NCBI GenBank assembly: GCA_001512835.1
Contig: LFRQ01000015.1
Coordinates: forward strand, 1,176 to 65,175
DNA length: 64,000 nt
Origin: Clostridia bacterium DTU022
Lineage (GTDB): Bacteria; Bacillota; Dethiobacteria; DTU022
Direction of reading: 5' to 3'
Shown here: piece after piece, positions 27,023-37,001 of the stretch
How positions within the stretch are numbered: the stretch's first letter is position 1
Layout of the letters: the number at the start of each line of letters is the position of its first letter
Translations under genes and position numbers: made by a program
Notes under the pieces: model-generated
What the model was told of the DNA's origin: nothing
Database searches by the model: none
Seen by the model: the letters and a program-made list of their open reading frames with translations, nothing else

Positions 27023-27829
27023 ATGAGCCAGGCCGGCAATCTGCAAGAACTGAAAAAAGCCCTTTCCCGGGAGATCCGGAAGAGCGGCCTTTCCGTAAGC
27101 TTGAGCCTTTACGATTTTGAAAGCGGTTCATGGCTGGAGATAAACGGTGAGCGGGAGATCTACCCGGCCAGCATGATCAAAACCCTGCTGCTGCTAGCCC
27201 TTCTGCACCAGGCGGAAAAGGGCGCCCTGGACCTGGAGGCTCCCCACCTCTTCACCGAGAAGGACAAGTACGCCGGAAGCACCTTCGTCTCCGGGACCGG
27301 GATTCTCCAATATGAAGAAGAGGGGACCGTGCTCACCGTGGAAGAGCTGCTTCGGCTAATGGTCAGCTACAGCGACAACATCGCCACCAACATCCTCATG
27401 GATCTGGTGGGCCGGGAGGAGATCGCCGCCATGGCGGAAAGGCTGGAGCTGCAGAATACCCGCTTTACCAGGAAAATGTATAACCTGGAGTCCTCCCTCC
27501 CCTCCAACCGCTCCACTACCCGGGACCTGGCAACCATGCTCATCGCCCTGGAAGAGAGAAGAGTAGCCGGGGAAGAGCTGACTCAAATAGGAATCGCCGC
27601 CATGAAGGCGACCATCGATAAAAGCCGTATCGGCCGCTACCTCCCGAAGGAGATAGAAGTGGCCAACAAGATCGGCACCGTCTCCCACATGGTGGGCGAC
27701 ATGGCTCTCCTCTACTTTCCCCACCGCCCTCCCCTCGCCCTGGCCATAGCCGTGGAAAACCCACCAAATCAAGAAGACGCCGCCCACCTCATCGGGTGCC
27801 TGGCACGTCAACTTTGTCAACTTGATTGA
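27023..27829 (+). CDS. Class A beta-lactamase-related serine hydrolase
   Basis: SMIKT (SxxK), SDN and KIGT motifs. Start moved to the ATG that has a GGCAGGAGGAAGAG ribosome binding site. The ORF-track TTG start has none. Confidence 0.65.
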   Translation: MSQAGNLQELKKALSREIRKSGLSVSLSLYDFESGSWLEINGEREIYPASMIKTLLLLALLHQAEKGALDLEAPHLFTEKDKYAGSTFVSGTGILQYEEEGTVLTVEELLRLMVSYSDNIATNILMDLVGREEIAAMAERLELQNTRFTRKMYNLESSLPSNRSTTRDLATMLIALEERRVAGEELTQIGIAAMKATIDKSRIGRYLPKEIEVANKIGTVSHMVGDMALLYFPHRPPLALAIAVENPPNQEDAAHLIGCLARQLCQLD

Positions 27830-29037
27830 ATATTCTGATAAATGGTGCCTGGAACGGCAAATTTGTCAACTTTACGAAGGCCGGCGGGGCAGGTGGTGAC
27901 GCAGAGGCCACAGCCCAGGCATTTTTCCTCATGGAGCAGGGGAAGTCCGGCAGGGGTGAAGTCTGCCGCCCCGAAGATACAACGCTCCTGGCATCTCCGG
28001 CAGGAGGTGCATTTATCGGGCTCTTCCACCCGCACCACGGCACCGGTGCCCCTGACCATGGGAATGCCGTATTGCAGATAAAGATCCAGGGGGACACAGG
28101 AGCCGGGGGCACAGTTGCAGAGGACGTAGCCTTTTCGCCCCGAGGGGCGGGAAACGGTCATGATCTGGTGGATCATGCCGTATTCTTCGCACTCTTTAAG
28201 CTTGGCGGCCACCGCCGGGGGCAATTCAAATTCCTGGCGGTAGTTCGGCGAGCAGAGGTCCTCCAGGTCCTCAATGAATTGAAAACCCATGCAGGTATCC
28301 CGGGGCATTTCCGGGTCGGAAGGCTGGAACAGGGATTTGCAGGAACAGGGCCGGCAGGTGACCACCCGGGCCCTTTTTACCAGATCCAGGATATCCCCGT
28401 AAGGCATGATCACCGGCCGCTCCAGGGAGCAGCCCCCGGGCACTACCACCCCGCTGAAGTACCGGCAGAACCAGGCAAAAAGCTTTTTGAGCAGGGCTCC
28501 CATGGGCTTCTTCCGGCTAGCCCGGCCCCAGCTTAGGAAAAACTCCAGGCAGCGCACCTCCAGGAAGACCCCGAAAAATCCTCCCAGGAGGGAGTCCACG
28601 GTGTAGAGCAGGCCCCGGGAACGCAGGCTCTCCTTGATGTCCGCCAGCAGCTCCCGGATCCGGGACTCGTCGACATCGCCCTCTACCGCCACGGGATCGA
28701 CCCCCTGCCGGCGCAGCTCCCGGCGGCAGCGCTTCACCCAGTATTCCGAGGAGTTGATAATCCACAAGGGATTCAGGGAGGCAAATTCCCGGTGATTCTC
28801 CTGAAAGCGTTCTATGTAAGGTTCCTGCCCGTTCTTTAGCCGGGCAAAATCCCCCAGGACCGCCTGGAGCTCCTCTACGGGCTTACCCTTAAGCTTTACC
28901 CGGCTCTTAAAACGCCGGCGGTGCTTGAGCTCCCATTGCAAGGCTACCAGCCCGCAGAAGAGACAGATAAGGGAAAAAACCAGGGTATACCGCAGAGAAC
29001 CCCTAAATCTGGCCGGTTCTTTCCTTCTAGATCTCAA
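27817..29037 (-). CDS. Membrane-anchored protein with C-terminal 4Fe-4S ferredoxin-type dicluster domain
   Basis: N-terminal TM helix and a Cys-rich middle region. C-terminal CTSCRRCQERC...CLGCGLCVTTCP. TTG start overlaps the upstream MBL gene end. Confidence 0.5.
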   Translation of the reverse strand: MRSRRKEPARFRGSLRYTLVFSLICLFCGLVALQWELKHRRRFKSRVKLKGKPVEELQAVLGDFARLKNGQEPYIERFQENHREFASLNPLWIINSSEYWVKRCRRELRRQGVDPVAVEGDVDESRIRELLADIKESLRSRGLLYTVDSLLGGFFGVFLEVRCLEFFLSWGRASRKKPMGALLKKLFAWFCRYFSGVVVPGGCSLERPVIMPYGDILDLVKRARVVTCRPCSCKSLFQPSDPEMPRDTCMGFQFIEDLEDLCSPNYRQEFELPPAVAAKLKECEEYGMIHQIMTVSRPSGRKGYVLCNCAPGSCVPLDLYLQYGIPMVRGTGAVVRVEEPDKCTSCRRCQERCIFGAADFTPAGLPLLHEEKCLGCGLCVTTCPAGLRKVDKFAVPGTIYQNIQSS

Positions 29038-29761
29038 AGCTGCTCCCCTCCCGGGCGATTTCCGCCTGGGGGAAATGCTCCCGGGCTTCCTTCAGGGAGA
29101 GGGCTCCGTCTTCTTCGGGCGGCAGGTGGGTGAGCAGCAGGCGCTTTACTCCCGCCTCCGCGGCCAGCTGCGCCGCCTGGGCGGCGGAGAGATGGTTGGG
29201 CGGGTTGGCGGCCATATCTTTTTCCAGGTAATTGGCCTCGCACAGGAAGAGGTCCGCCCCCCGGGCCCAGTCAACCAGCCCGGAAAAATATTCCGTGTCT
29301 CCGGAATAGACCAGGGTCTTGCCGGCGGCCTGGATCCGCATGGCCAGGCAGGGGACGGCATGGACCGCGGCGGCAAAGCGGAAGGTCAGGGGGCCGATCT
29401 CCAGGACCTGTCCCGCCGCCAGGGCCGCGGGGCGGTAGACAGACTTGTAGGAGAGGCGCTCAAATTCCGCCGCCGGTTCCGGAGGGGCGTAGAGGGGGAG
29501 CGGTTCCCGGCGGAGCCCCCGTCTCTGGAACACGTCCAAGGCGTAGCGCAGGATGAAGAGGTCGGAGATGTGGTCGCTGTGGAGGTGGGAGAGGACCACG
29601 GCCTCCAGTTCCCAGAGGCGGCAGTAGCTCTGCAGGCGGCTAAGAACCCCGTTGCCGCAATCAATCAGCACCCTGGTACCGCCCTCTTCCAGCAGGTACC
29701 CGGAGCAGGCTCCCCCCGCAGGGGGATAAGGCCCGTAGCAACCGAGAACAGTCAGCTTCAT
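29027..29761 (-). CDS. MBL-fold metallo-hydrolase
   Basis: HLHSDHISD matches the HxHxDH metal-binding motif. Confidence 0.75.
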   Translation of the reverse strand: MKLTVLGCYGPYPPAGGACSGYLLEEGGTRVLIDCGNGVLSRLQSYCRLWELEAVVLSHLHSDHISDLFILRYALDVFQRRGLRREPLPLYAPPEPAAEFERLSYKSVYRPAALAAGQVLEIGPLTFRFAAAVHAVPCLAMRIQAAGKTLVYSGDTEYFSGLVDWARGADLFLCEANYLEKDMAANPPNHLSAAQAAQLAAEAGVKRLLLTHLPPEEDGALSLKEAREHFPQAEIAREGSSFEI

Positions 29762-31014
29762 GGATCTATTTCTCCTCCTTGTCCAGATGATGGCTGCTTC
29801 CCGGCATCGCTCCGGCTTCGAGCCAGGGCGATGCGCTCCATAGTGGGCGGGTGAGAATAAAGCACCGTCTTGATCACCGGGTGAGGCTGAACTACGGCCA
29901 GGTTGGCCTGGGCCAGCTGCCGCTGGACGGAGATAAAAGCCTCCTCTTCTCCCGTCCAGGCCAGGGCCTGGCGGTCGGCCTCCACCTCGAAATGGCGGGA
30001 GAGGCTGCTGCTCAGCGGCAGGGTGCCGGTAGAGATTAAGCCCAGGAAGAGGACCGCCAGGTAAACGGCGCCGATGCCGGGCTGCGTCCCGGTCTTCTGC
30101 AGCAGCAGTTGAAAAAGGTAGAGCCCCAGGAGAGCCCCCGCCGCCCCGAAGGCGATCCCCTTGGCCACGTGGTTGTAGCGCCAGTGGGCCAGCTCGTGGG
30201 CCACCACGGCCAGCACCTCTTCCCGGTCAAAGTTCTCCAGCAGGGTATCGTAAAGGACAATCCGGCGGGTTCTCCCCAGGCCGGTAAAGTAGGCGTTGAG
30301 CTTGCGGGTGTTCCGCCCGGCATCCATCACCAGGATCTCCGACAGGGAGATCCCCGCCTTCTCCGCCAGGGCGCTAATCTCTTCCCGCAAGGGTTCATCC
30401 TGAAGCGGGGTAAAACGATTAAACAGGGGATCGATCAGCAAGGGGGAGAGATAGCTGCTGAGGACCAGGAACAGGAAAAAGAGCAGGCCGGCGGCCGCCC
30501 ACCAGCCCCGGGGCCAGCGGAGCATGAGCAGGTAGAGGACGGCAAGCCCGGCGGTGCCGAAAAAGAGGTTTAGGAGAAGCCCCTTGCCGTAGTCGGCCAG
30601 CCAGCTCCCCACGGTATAGGCGGAAAGGCCGAAGCGGTGCTCCACCACGTAGCCCCGGTAGAAATCCAGGGGAAAGGTTGCCAGCTGCAGAAGCAGGAGC
30701 AAAAGAAAAAGATAGCCCACCGCCGTCAGCAGGGGGAGCGGCGGCTTGCCCTGGAAATAGCGCCAGGCTTTCAGGGCGGCCAGGGCCAGCACCAGGAAGA
30801 GGACCCCCCGCCGGGCCAGGGAGAGGGCCAGGCTGCAGCGCTGGTAAGCAGCGGCGCGCTCCAGAAAACCGGTTTCAAAATAGCGCAGCGTCTCCGAGCC
30901 GGGAGCGGGAGGGGGGCTGAGCAGGGCGCAGCCAATCAGCGCCAGCACCGCCAAAGCCGACCCGGCGGCCAAAACCCAGATTATGATAGCAGTCACGTTA
31001 TAATCCCGCCTCAC
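29758..31014 (-). CDS. M48-family zinc metalloprotease (Ste24/HtpX-like)
   Basis: Multi-TM N-terminal half, HELAHW (HExxH) and a downstream E. GTG start with an AAGAGGG ribosome binding site. Confidence 0.75.
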   Translation of the reverse strand: MRRDYNVTAIIIWVLAAGSALAVLALIGCALLSPPPAPGSETLRYFETGFLERAAAYQRCSLALSLARRGVLFLVLALAALKAWRYFQGKPPLPLLTAVGYLFLLLLLLQLATFPLDFYRGYVVEHRFGLSAYTVGSWLADYGKGLLLNLFFGTAGLAVLYLLMLRWPRGWWAAAGLLFFLFLVLSSYLSPLLIDPLFNRFTPLQDEPLREEISALAEKAGISLSEILVMDAGRNTRKLNAYFTGLGRTRRIVLYDTLLENFDREEVLAVVAHELAHWRYNHVAKGIAFGAAGALLGLYLFQLLLQKTGTQPGIGAVYLAVLFLGLISTGTLPLSSSLSRHFEVEADRQALAWTGEEEAFISVQRQLAQANLAVVQPHPVIKTVLYSHPPTMERIALARSRSDAGKQPSSGQGGEIDP

Positions 31015-31069
31015 TGAAGACCCTCTTTTAGGATGAACTATCTATTAATTTATGCAGGAGCGGCGGCGG

Positions 31070-33397
31070 CTACTCCTCCCCGCCCACCGGGAAAAAGGCA
31101 ACGCCCTCCGGGGAGAGTTTTTGCAGGGTGTCCACCACCTCCTGCTTGGCGGTAAAGTAAAGGAACTGCCAGCCCCGCTCCGACAGCCGCAGCAGCTGCT
31201 CCAGCTGCCGGGCCAGCCGGTTAAGATCGGCTTTTATATAGGGATCGTCCAGGATAAAAAAGCCCTTTTCTCCCTCCAGCAGTCTCTCCCCCAGGGCCAG
31301 CCGGATAGCAAAGTAGAGCTGGTCGTAGGCGCCCCCCGAGAGGCGGTGAGCGGCCAGGGCCGGCCCTTCCCGGGGGACCGCCATGATGGTCCGGGAGCGG
31401 GGATCGTAGTCCAGGGCGCTGTAGCGGCCTTCCGTGAAAGCGCTGAAGTAGGCCCCGGCGGGGCTGTCCTGGTTGAAGAGGGCCTGCACCTTCTCTTCCT
31501 CCTCCAGCCCGATCTCCTGGAAAATGGACAGGGCTTCCAGGGCGCACTCCCGCCTAAATTCATGTTCCTCGATCCACCGGTGCAGCATTCCCGCCGCCGC
31601 CTCCAGGTCCACGGCGGTCTGCAAGGGGAGGTAGCCGCTGCCGGCCCCCAAAATGGCATTGAGCTCCTTCTCCAGGAAGGCCAGCTCCCGCCGCTGTTCC
31701 TCCAGCCGGCTCTCCAGCTCTTTCTCCCTTTCCGCCAGGGCCTGCAGTTGTTCCTTTAATTCCGCCACCCCGGCCTGGCGACAAGCCGGCTCCCTCCCGG
31801 GAGAAGCCGCCTCCCCTTCCTCCTCCCGGGGCAGCAAGGCCAGCTCCGCCTCCCAGCGGAGCAACTGCTCCTCCAGGGGGAGGCCCTCATGGCCAAAGAG
31901 GCCCTCCAAGACCGCCCTTTGCCGCTGGATCCGGTTTTCCACTTCTTCTTTCCGCCGCCGCCGCTCCCGGTATTCTTTCAAGGAGGAAACGGGAAGGGAG
32001 GCCTGCAGCCGGCGAAGCTCCTTCTCCCGATCCCGGAGAGCACCGTAAAGTTCGTTCAGGCTGCCTTCCAGGAGGCTGCAGAGCCGCTCCCGGCTGCCGG
32101 CTTCCTCCGCGGCCTTCAGGCGCCGCTTCTGCTCCTCCTGGTAGAGGTCATAGAAACGCGCCAGCGCCTCTGGAGGTTCCCCCCCGGTGTCGATACCGGC
32201 CCGGCTCAGCTCCTGACGGATCTGCTCCGCCGCCGCCGCCAGCCGGCTCTCCGCCAGGACGGACCTGAGTTTAAGGGCGCCGGCCGCCAGCAATAAGACC
32301 AGGGTTGCCGCCATCATAACCCCCCAAAGGGCCGCCGGGCGGAGAATGGCCCCGGCACAGGCCAGCAGGAAGAGAAGGGAAAGGATCAGGGAGGCGCGCC
32401 GGATAAAGGACTCGCGCCCCGGCCAGGATGCGGAGGCCTGCCGGCGCTTGCTCCGCAGATAGCGCTCCAGAAGGGGCTCCACCCTCTCCTGCACCGCTTC
32501 CCGGCGCTTCTCCAGGAGTTCCCCCTGCCGCTCCAGGCGCTGCAGCTCCTCCTGCGCCCCCTGCCAGGCCTCCCGCTCCCGGCGGAGCTTCTCCCGGGCC
32601 TCTTCCACCCGGCTCTCCAGCTCCCGCCGCGCCTCCTCCAGCTTCCCCCACCGGTTCTCCTCTTCCTCCCGGTACGGGCGCAGGCGCTCCGCCTCCTCCT
32701 GCAGGCGGAGCAAGCTCCCCAGGGCTTCCTCTCCCTTCCGGCGCAGCTCCCGGCGCCGGATCAATTCGCAGCGCTCCAGCTGCCGGAGGATATCCTCCTT
32801 CTGCTCCTGGAGGCGGACCAGCTCTTCCCCGGGTTCTCCCTCGGGCTCCTTCCCGGCCTGCTCCCGCCGCGCCTCCAGCTTCGCCAAAAGATCCCGGGCC
32901 CTCTTAAGGGCGCTCTTTAACTTCAGGGGAGCGGTATCCTTAAAGTCGCCTCCCGGGGTCAAGCCGGCCAGTTCCCGCAGCCCCTTGCTTAGCTTTTCGA
33001 TCTTCTCCGTGCGCAGCCCCGTCAGGTGGTGGGTGACCTCCTGGTAGAACTCCCCCTCCCGGGAGATGGAGAGATCGCTGTTGCGGATGATAAAAACATT
33101 GCGGTAGCAATCGGCGCTCAGCCCAAAGAGGGTGGGCAGGTCGCCCTCCCGGGGGAGGGAATACTGCTTCCCGGAGGCGGTCTCCAGCAAAAGGTACCCC
33201 TCGGGGGAGCCCTCCACCCGGTCGATGGCGGCAAAGCCCCGGGCCCATCGCCCCAGCAGCATCTTGACCAGGGCGTCGATGGTCAGGGTCTTCCCCGCTT
33301 CATTGGGACCGTAAAAAAGGTTAAAGGAGCCCAGCACCCTTCTCCCGCCGTCCTTCAGGGGGCCGTAGCTCCAGAGGGCAAACTCCTTGATCCTCAT
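31070..33397 (-). CDS. SbcC/Rad50-like AAA ATPase with coiled coil (YhaN/SbcE-like)
   Basis: Walker A GPNEAGKT, a long coiled coil with two central TM helices, an LSGGAYDQL signature and a FFILDDPY Walker B. Confidence 0.75.
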   Translation of the reverse strand: MRIKEFALWSYGPLKDGGRRVLGSFNLFYGPNEAGKTLTIDALVKMLLGRWARGFAAIDRVEGSPEGYLLLETASGKQYSLPREGDLPTLFGLSADCYRNVFIIRNSDLSISREGEFYQEVTHHLTGLRTEKIEKLSKGLRELAGLTPGGDFKDTAPLKLKSALKRARDLLAKLEARREQAGKEPEGEPGEELVRLQEQKEDILRQLERCELIRRRELRRKGEEALGSLLRLQEEAERLRPYREEEENRWGKLEEARRELESRVEEAREKLRREREAWQGAQEELQRLERQGELLEKRREAVQERVEPLLERYLRSKRRQASASWPGRESFIRRASLILSLLFLLACAGAILRPAALWGVMMAATLVLLLAAGALKLRSVLAESRLAAAAEQIRQELSRAGIDTGGEPPEALARFYDLYQEEQKRRLKAAEEAGSRERLCSLLEGSLNELYGALRDREKELRRLQASLPVSSLKEYRERRRRKEEVENRIQRQRAVLEGLFGHEGLPLEEQLLRWEAELALLPREEEGEAASPGREPACRQAGVAELKEQLQALAEREKELESRLEEQRRELAFLEKELNAILGAGSGYLPLQTAVDLEAAAGMLHRWIEEHEFRRECALEALSIFQEIGLEEEEKVQALFNQDSPAGAYFSAFTEGRYSALDYDPRSRTIMAVPREGPALAAHRLSGGAYDQLYFAIRLALGERLLEGEKGFFILDDPYIKADLNRLARQLEQLLRLSERGWQFLYFTAKQEVVDTLQKLSPEGVAFFPVGGEE

Positions 33398-34467
33398 GAG
33401 AGAAGCACATCCATAAAGGCCCTGATAGCCAGCTCCGTGATGGCTCCGCTCTTTTCGGGGGGATAGTCCTTCTGCCGCAGTCTTTCCCTGAATTCCAGGA
33501 AAAGCTCGTCTTCCAGGACCTGCCGGATATCCCGGAAGAGGAACTCCCCCTCCCCCGCCAGGCGCGGCCCGGCCAGGCGCTTAAAGGTCTTCACCAGCTC
33601 CGCCTCCCCGGTTTTTAAGGCCGAGCCGTTGATGAACCCCTTTACCGTCAGCAGCACCTTGGCCCGGGGAGGCAGCCGCTCCAGGCGCTCCTGCAGCAGG
33701 GCGGCGGGATCCGCCTCGGCAAAGGGATCCAGCTCCAGTTCCATCTCTTCGTAGTAGAGGGTGTCCAGGACCAGCTCCCGGGGCGGCTCCCCCAAGACAA
33801 GAAGATTGGCCTTGCGGCAGCCCTTCTCCCGGCGGGTAACGGCCACCGGAGAGCCCGGGTAAACAAAGCAGCCGCCGCCCTTCAGCGGCCAGACGGCAAA
33901 GCGATTGTGGAAATGACCGGCCAGGACATAAGCCACGGGCAGGGAATCAAAATAGTGCAGCCGGCAGGGCATGTAGCGCTCGTCCCCTTCATCGCCAAAA
34001 TCGTACCGGGAGAAAAAGGCGTCCAGCAGTTCACCGTGGTAAAGCAGCAGGTTGCTCTTCTCCCGGTCCATCAAGCGGGAGAGTTCCCGCAGCCGGGCGA
34101 AGAGTTCCTCCCGCTTCAAGGGGCGGTACGGCAGCCCCCAGAAGTAGACCCCCTGGACGTTCACCGGTTCATCCCAGCGGGCAATCACCCGCACCCGCTC
34201 TCCAAAATAAAAGCCGCCCTGGTAAGCCCGGCCGTCATGGTTCCCGGGGAGGATCACCACCTCAAAGCCGGCGGACTCAAAGACCCGCCGCAGGTAAGGA
34301 CGGAGTTCCTGGGCCCGGAGGTCGCTGTCAAAAAGATCGCCGGCAATCGCCAGGGCCTGGACCCCCTCTTTCCGGCCCAGGGCCACCAGCTGCTCCAGGG
34401 CAAGCCAGCGTTCGTCGCCAACCCGGTTCAAATGCAGATCCGCAGTATGCAGGACTTTATAGGACAT
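33394..34467 (-). CDS. SbcD/Mre11-like metallophosphoesterase (YhaO/SbcF-like)
   Basis: DLHL, GDLFD and GNHD calcineurin-like phosphoesterase motifs. Overlaps the downstream ATPase gene by 4 nt. Confidence 0.75.
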   Translation of the reverse strand: MSYKVLHTADLHLNRVGDERWLALEQLVALGRKEGVQALAIAGDLFDSDLRAQELRPYLRRVFESAGFEVVILPGNHDGRAYQGGFYFGERVRVIARWDEPVNVQGVYFWGLPYRPLKREELFARLRELSRLMDREKSNLLLYHGELLDAFFSRYDFGDEGDERYMPCRLHYFDSLPVAYVLAGHFHNRFAVWPLKGGGCFVYPGSPVAVTRREKGCRKANLLVLGEPPRELVLDTLYYEEMELELDPFAEADPAALLQERLERLPPRAKVLLTVKGFINGSALKTGEAELVKTFKRLAGPRLAGEGEFLFRDIRQVLEDELFLEFRERLRQKDYPPEKSGAITELAIRAFMDVLLS

Positions 34468-34773
34468 ATCTCCCTCCCCGGCTTCATGGGGACTGCATTA
34501 ATTATTTCTACACCCATGAAAAAATACCTACCCCCGAGAATCCCGCCCCCTTTCGCCTGGGCTCCGGCGGCGGCAAAAGGGGCCTCCCGGCCTGCCCACC
34601 AGCCCGTTCCGCTCTTCCGCCGGCTTGCCGCCGGCCGCCGCCCTCCGGACCGTCCCCGAACTGGCCTGCTGCCGGCCCGGCCCCACGGCCTGTCCCCGGC
34701 CCGACCCTAAACGGCCCGGCCGCCGGACAAGCTCCCCACCGCCCTGGCGCTGATAAACCCCCACCCCCTGCTG

Positions 34774-34850
34774 CCGGAACACTCTCACCCGTCCTGGCCC
34801 GGAACACCCCCATTCGTCCTGCCCCCGGAACACTCCCGCCGCCCTCACCG
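34774..34850. repeat. Three tandem ~25-nt units CCGGAACACYCYCAYYCGTCCTGSC
   Basis: Units start at 34774, 34799 and 34825. They lie within a 520-nt ORF-free GC-rich gap. Confidence 0.5.
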
Positions 34851-34986
34851 CCGCTTCCCGCCGGACCGCTCCCGCTGCAGCAGTCAGGGCCGCCCCTTGC
34901 CTTCCGGACGGCCCCTTATGGTATCCCATTATATCCCGGTACCATCTTCCCTGAATTTTTTCCCGCTCCCTTGGAGGGCGCGGCCC

Positions 34987-36861
34987 TTAAGCATACATCT
35001 CCTCGATGAGCTGGTTGTACTTTTGGCTGATCACTTTTTTCTTTACTTTTAAGGTGGGGGTAAGCTCATCTCCTTCCAGGGTCAGGGCTTCGGGCAGCAG
35101 CCGGAATTGCTTCACCTGTTCAAAGGGGTCAAAGCAGCAGTTGGCCTCCTCCACCACCCTGCGGAAGAGCGCCAGCACTTTTTCATTCCTGACCAGCTCC
35201 GGGTCCACCTTTACCGGCAGCTCTTCCCCCGTGTCGGTTGTAATGAAGGCCGTAAGATTCCGGTTAAAGTCGATCTGTTCTTCCTGGGCAAATTCCAGGA
35301 GCGCCTGGAAGGAAGGTTGGATCAGGGCGGCGGTAAATTTCCGGTTGTCTCCCACCACCACGGCCTCTTCCACCCAGCGGCTCTTTTTTAACTCTTCCTC
35401 AATGGGCAACGGGGCCACGTTCTTCCCGGTGGAAAGAACCAGGATATGCTTCTTCCGTTCCTTAAAGATCAGGTAGCCGTCCCGGTCAAACTCCCCGATA
35501 TCCCCTGTCTTAAGCCAGCCGTCGTGGGTAAAGGCTTCCGCCGTCTCTTCGGGCAGCTTGTAATAGCCCAGCATGACGTTGTCGCCCTTGATCAGTATCT
35601 CCCCGTCTTCGGCAATCTTCTGCATGGTCCCCGGGAGCGGGGGGCCCACGGTGCCCGGCTTAAAGCGGCCCACCGGGTTCAAGTTGCTGGGTGCCGCCAC
35701 CTCCGTCATCCCGTATCCCTCGATAATGGTAACCCCCATTCCGTTGAAAAAGAAGGCCAACTCCCGGCGCAGGGCGCTGCCGGAAGAGCAGGCCCACTTC
35801 AGCTGCTCCACCCCCAGCCGGGCGCGGATCTTGCTGAAGACCAGCTTATCGGCCAGGCGGTGCTTCAGCTTCAAGCCCAGGCCGGGTTTTTCCCAACGGC
35901 TCTGGACTTCACCCATCTGCCGGGCCACCCCGACCGCCCAATAGAAGATCTTTTTGAGAAGGGGAGAACCGCTCTCCATTTGGGCCACCAGGCGATCGTA
36001 GACCCGTTCGAAGAGCCGGGGCACGGAAACAAAGGCGTGGGGCTTGATTAGCGGAAGGTCGGCGCCCAGGTTCTCCGGAAGGCTGAAATAGCTGGTAGCG
36101 TTGCAATGAAAAGCGGTAAAGAGAACCAGCCGCATATAGACATGGGCCAGAGGCAAAAAGGCCAGCAGTATTTCTCCCGGGTCGAAGGATACTATCTGCG
36201 TAACGGAGTATACGTTAAAGCCCCAGTTCCAGTGAGAGAGCATGGTTCCCTTGGGCTGCCCGGTAGTCCCGCTGGTGTATACCAGGCTGCTCAAATCGTC
36301 GGGTTCCACGCTCCGCCAGACTTTCTCATAAACACCGGGGTTTTCGGCTTCGAATCGGCGTCCCCGCTCCGCCACCTCGGCCAGGGTATATATGTTTTCC
36401 AGGGGCCTTGCAGTGGGCTCCATGGTGATGATGTGCTCCAGCTTCGGCAGCTTATCCCAGAGGGGGAGGATCTTATCCAGCTGCTCCTGGTTTTCCAGGA
36501 TCAAAATGCGGCTGTCGGAGTTGTCAACGATATACTGGACCGTCTTCCCCGACAAGGTGGGGTAGATGGTAACCGTTACTCCCCCCGCGGTGAGAATGGC
36601 AAAGTCAGCCAAGGCCCACTCATAGCGGGTCTGCGCCAGCAGGCTGATTTTGTCTCCCTTGGCGATGCCAAGGGAGAGGAGCCCCTGGCTCAAAGCCTTA
36701 ACCTGGTCGCCAAATTCCCGGTAGCTTAAGCTTTTGAACTCCCCATTGAGGCGGTAGCAGGCGGCGGGAATCTCCGGGTGGGCGTTGACAGCGTTCCAGA
36801 AGAGTTCATTCAGGGAGAAGCGCTTCACCTCGCCCAGTTCCTGCCCTTTCACTATAGTCAT
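34987..36861 (-). CDS. Long-chain-fatty-acid--CoA ligase (AMP-dependent synthetase)
   Basis: YTSGTTGQPKG AMP-binding motif and a GYGMTE core. AAGGAGGTG ribosome binding site. Confidence 0.85.
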   Translation of the reverse strand: MTIVKGQELGEVKRFSLNELFWNAVNAHPEIPAACYRLNGEFKSLSYREFGDQVKALSQGLLSLGIAKGDKISLLAQTRYEWALADFAILTAGGVTVTIYPTLSGKTVQYIVDNSDSRILILENQEQLDKILPLWDKLPKLEHIITMEPTARPLENIYTLAEVAERGRRFEAENPGVYEKVWRSVEPDDLSSLVYTSGTTGQPKGTMLSHWNWGFNVYSVTQIVSFDPGEILLAFLPLAHVYMRLVLFTAFHCNATSYFSLPENLGADLPLIKPHAFVSVPRLFERVYDRLVAQMESGSPLLKKIFYWAVGVARQMGEVQSRWEKPGLGLKLKHRLADKLVFSKIRARLGVEQLKWACSSGSALRRELAFFFNGMGVTIIEGYGMTEVAAPSNLNPVGRFKPGTVGPPLPGTMQKIAEDGEILIKGDNVMLGYYKLPEETAEAFTHDGWLKTGDIGEFDRDGYLIFKERKKHILVLSTGKNVAPLPIEEELKKSRWVEEAVVVGDNRKFTAALIQPSFQALLEFAQEEQIDFNRNLTAFITTDTGEELPVKVDPELVRNEKVLALFRRVVEEANCCFDPFEQVKQFRLLPEALTLEGDELTPTLKVKKKVISQKYNQLIEEMYA

Positions 36862-37001
36862 CTATCTCTTCACCTCCTTGTTTGGCTTTGATGAAAAAAG
36901 CCCGCAAAGAGGGAACCTTCTTGATGCTCCACTCTCGATGCCGTGTTCTCCTCTTTCCGGGCTTTATCCCTATTCTAAGCGAGCCTGTCTTTATGCCGCC
37001 G

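Noticed and set aside
31070-34467. SbcC-like ATPase + SbcD-like phosphoesterase as a novel defence system (Lamassu/Gabija-like)
   Set aside because: The domain order, the coiled coil with a central TM pair, and the 4-nt overlap match the housekeeping Firmicute yhaO-yhaN (sbcEF) pair. No nuclease-effector fusion or neighbouring defence genes.
34508-34929. Minus-strand ORFs of 101 and 133 aa
   Set aside because: Gly/Arg/Ala-rich low-complexity frames inside the GC-rich repeat-bearing gap. No ribosome binding site and no domain.
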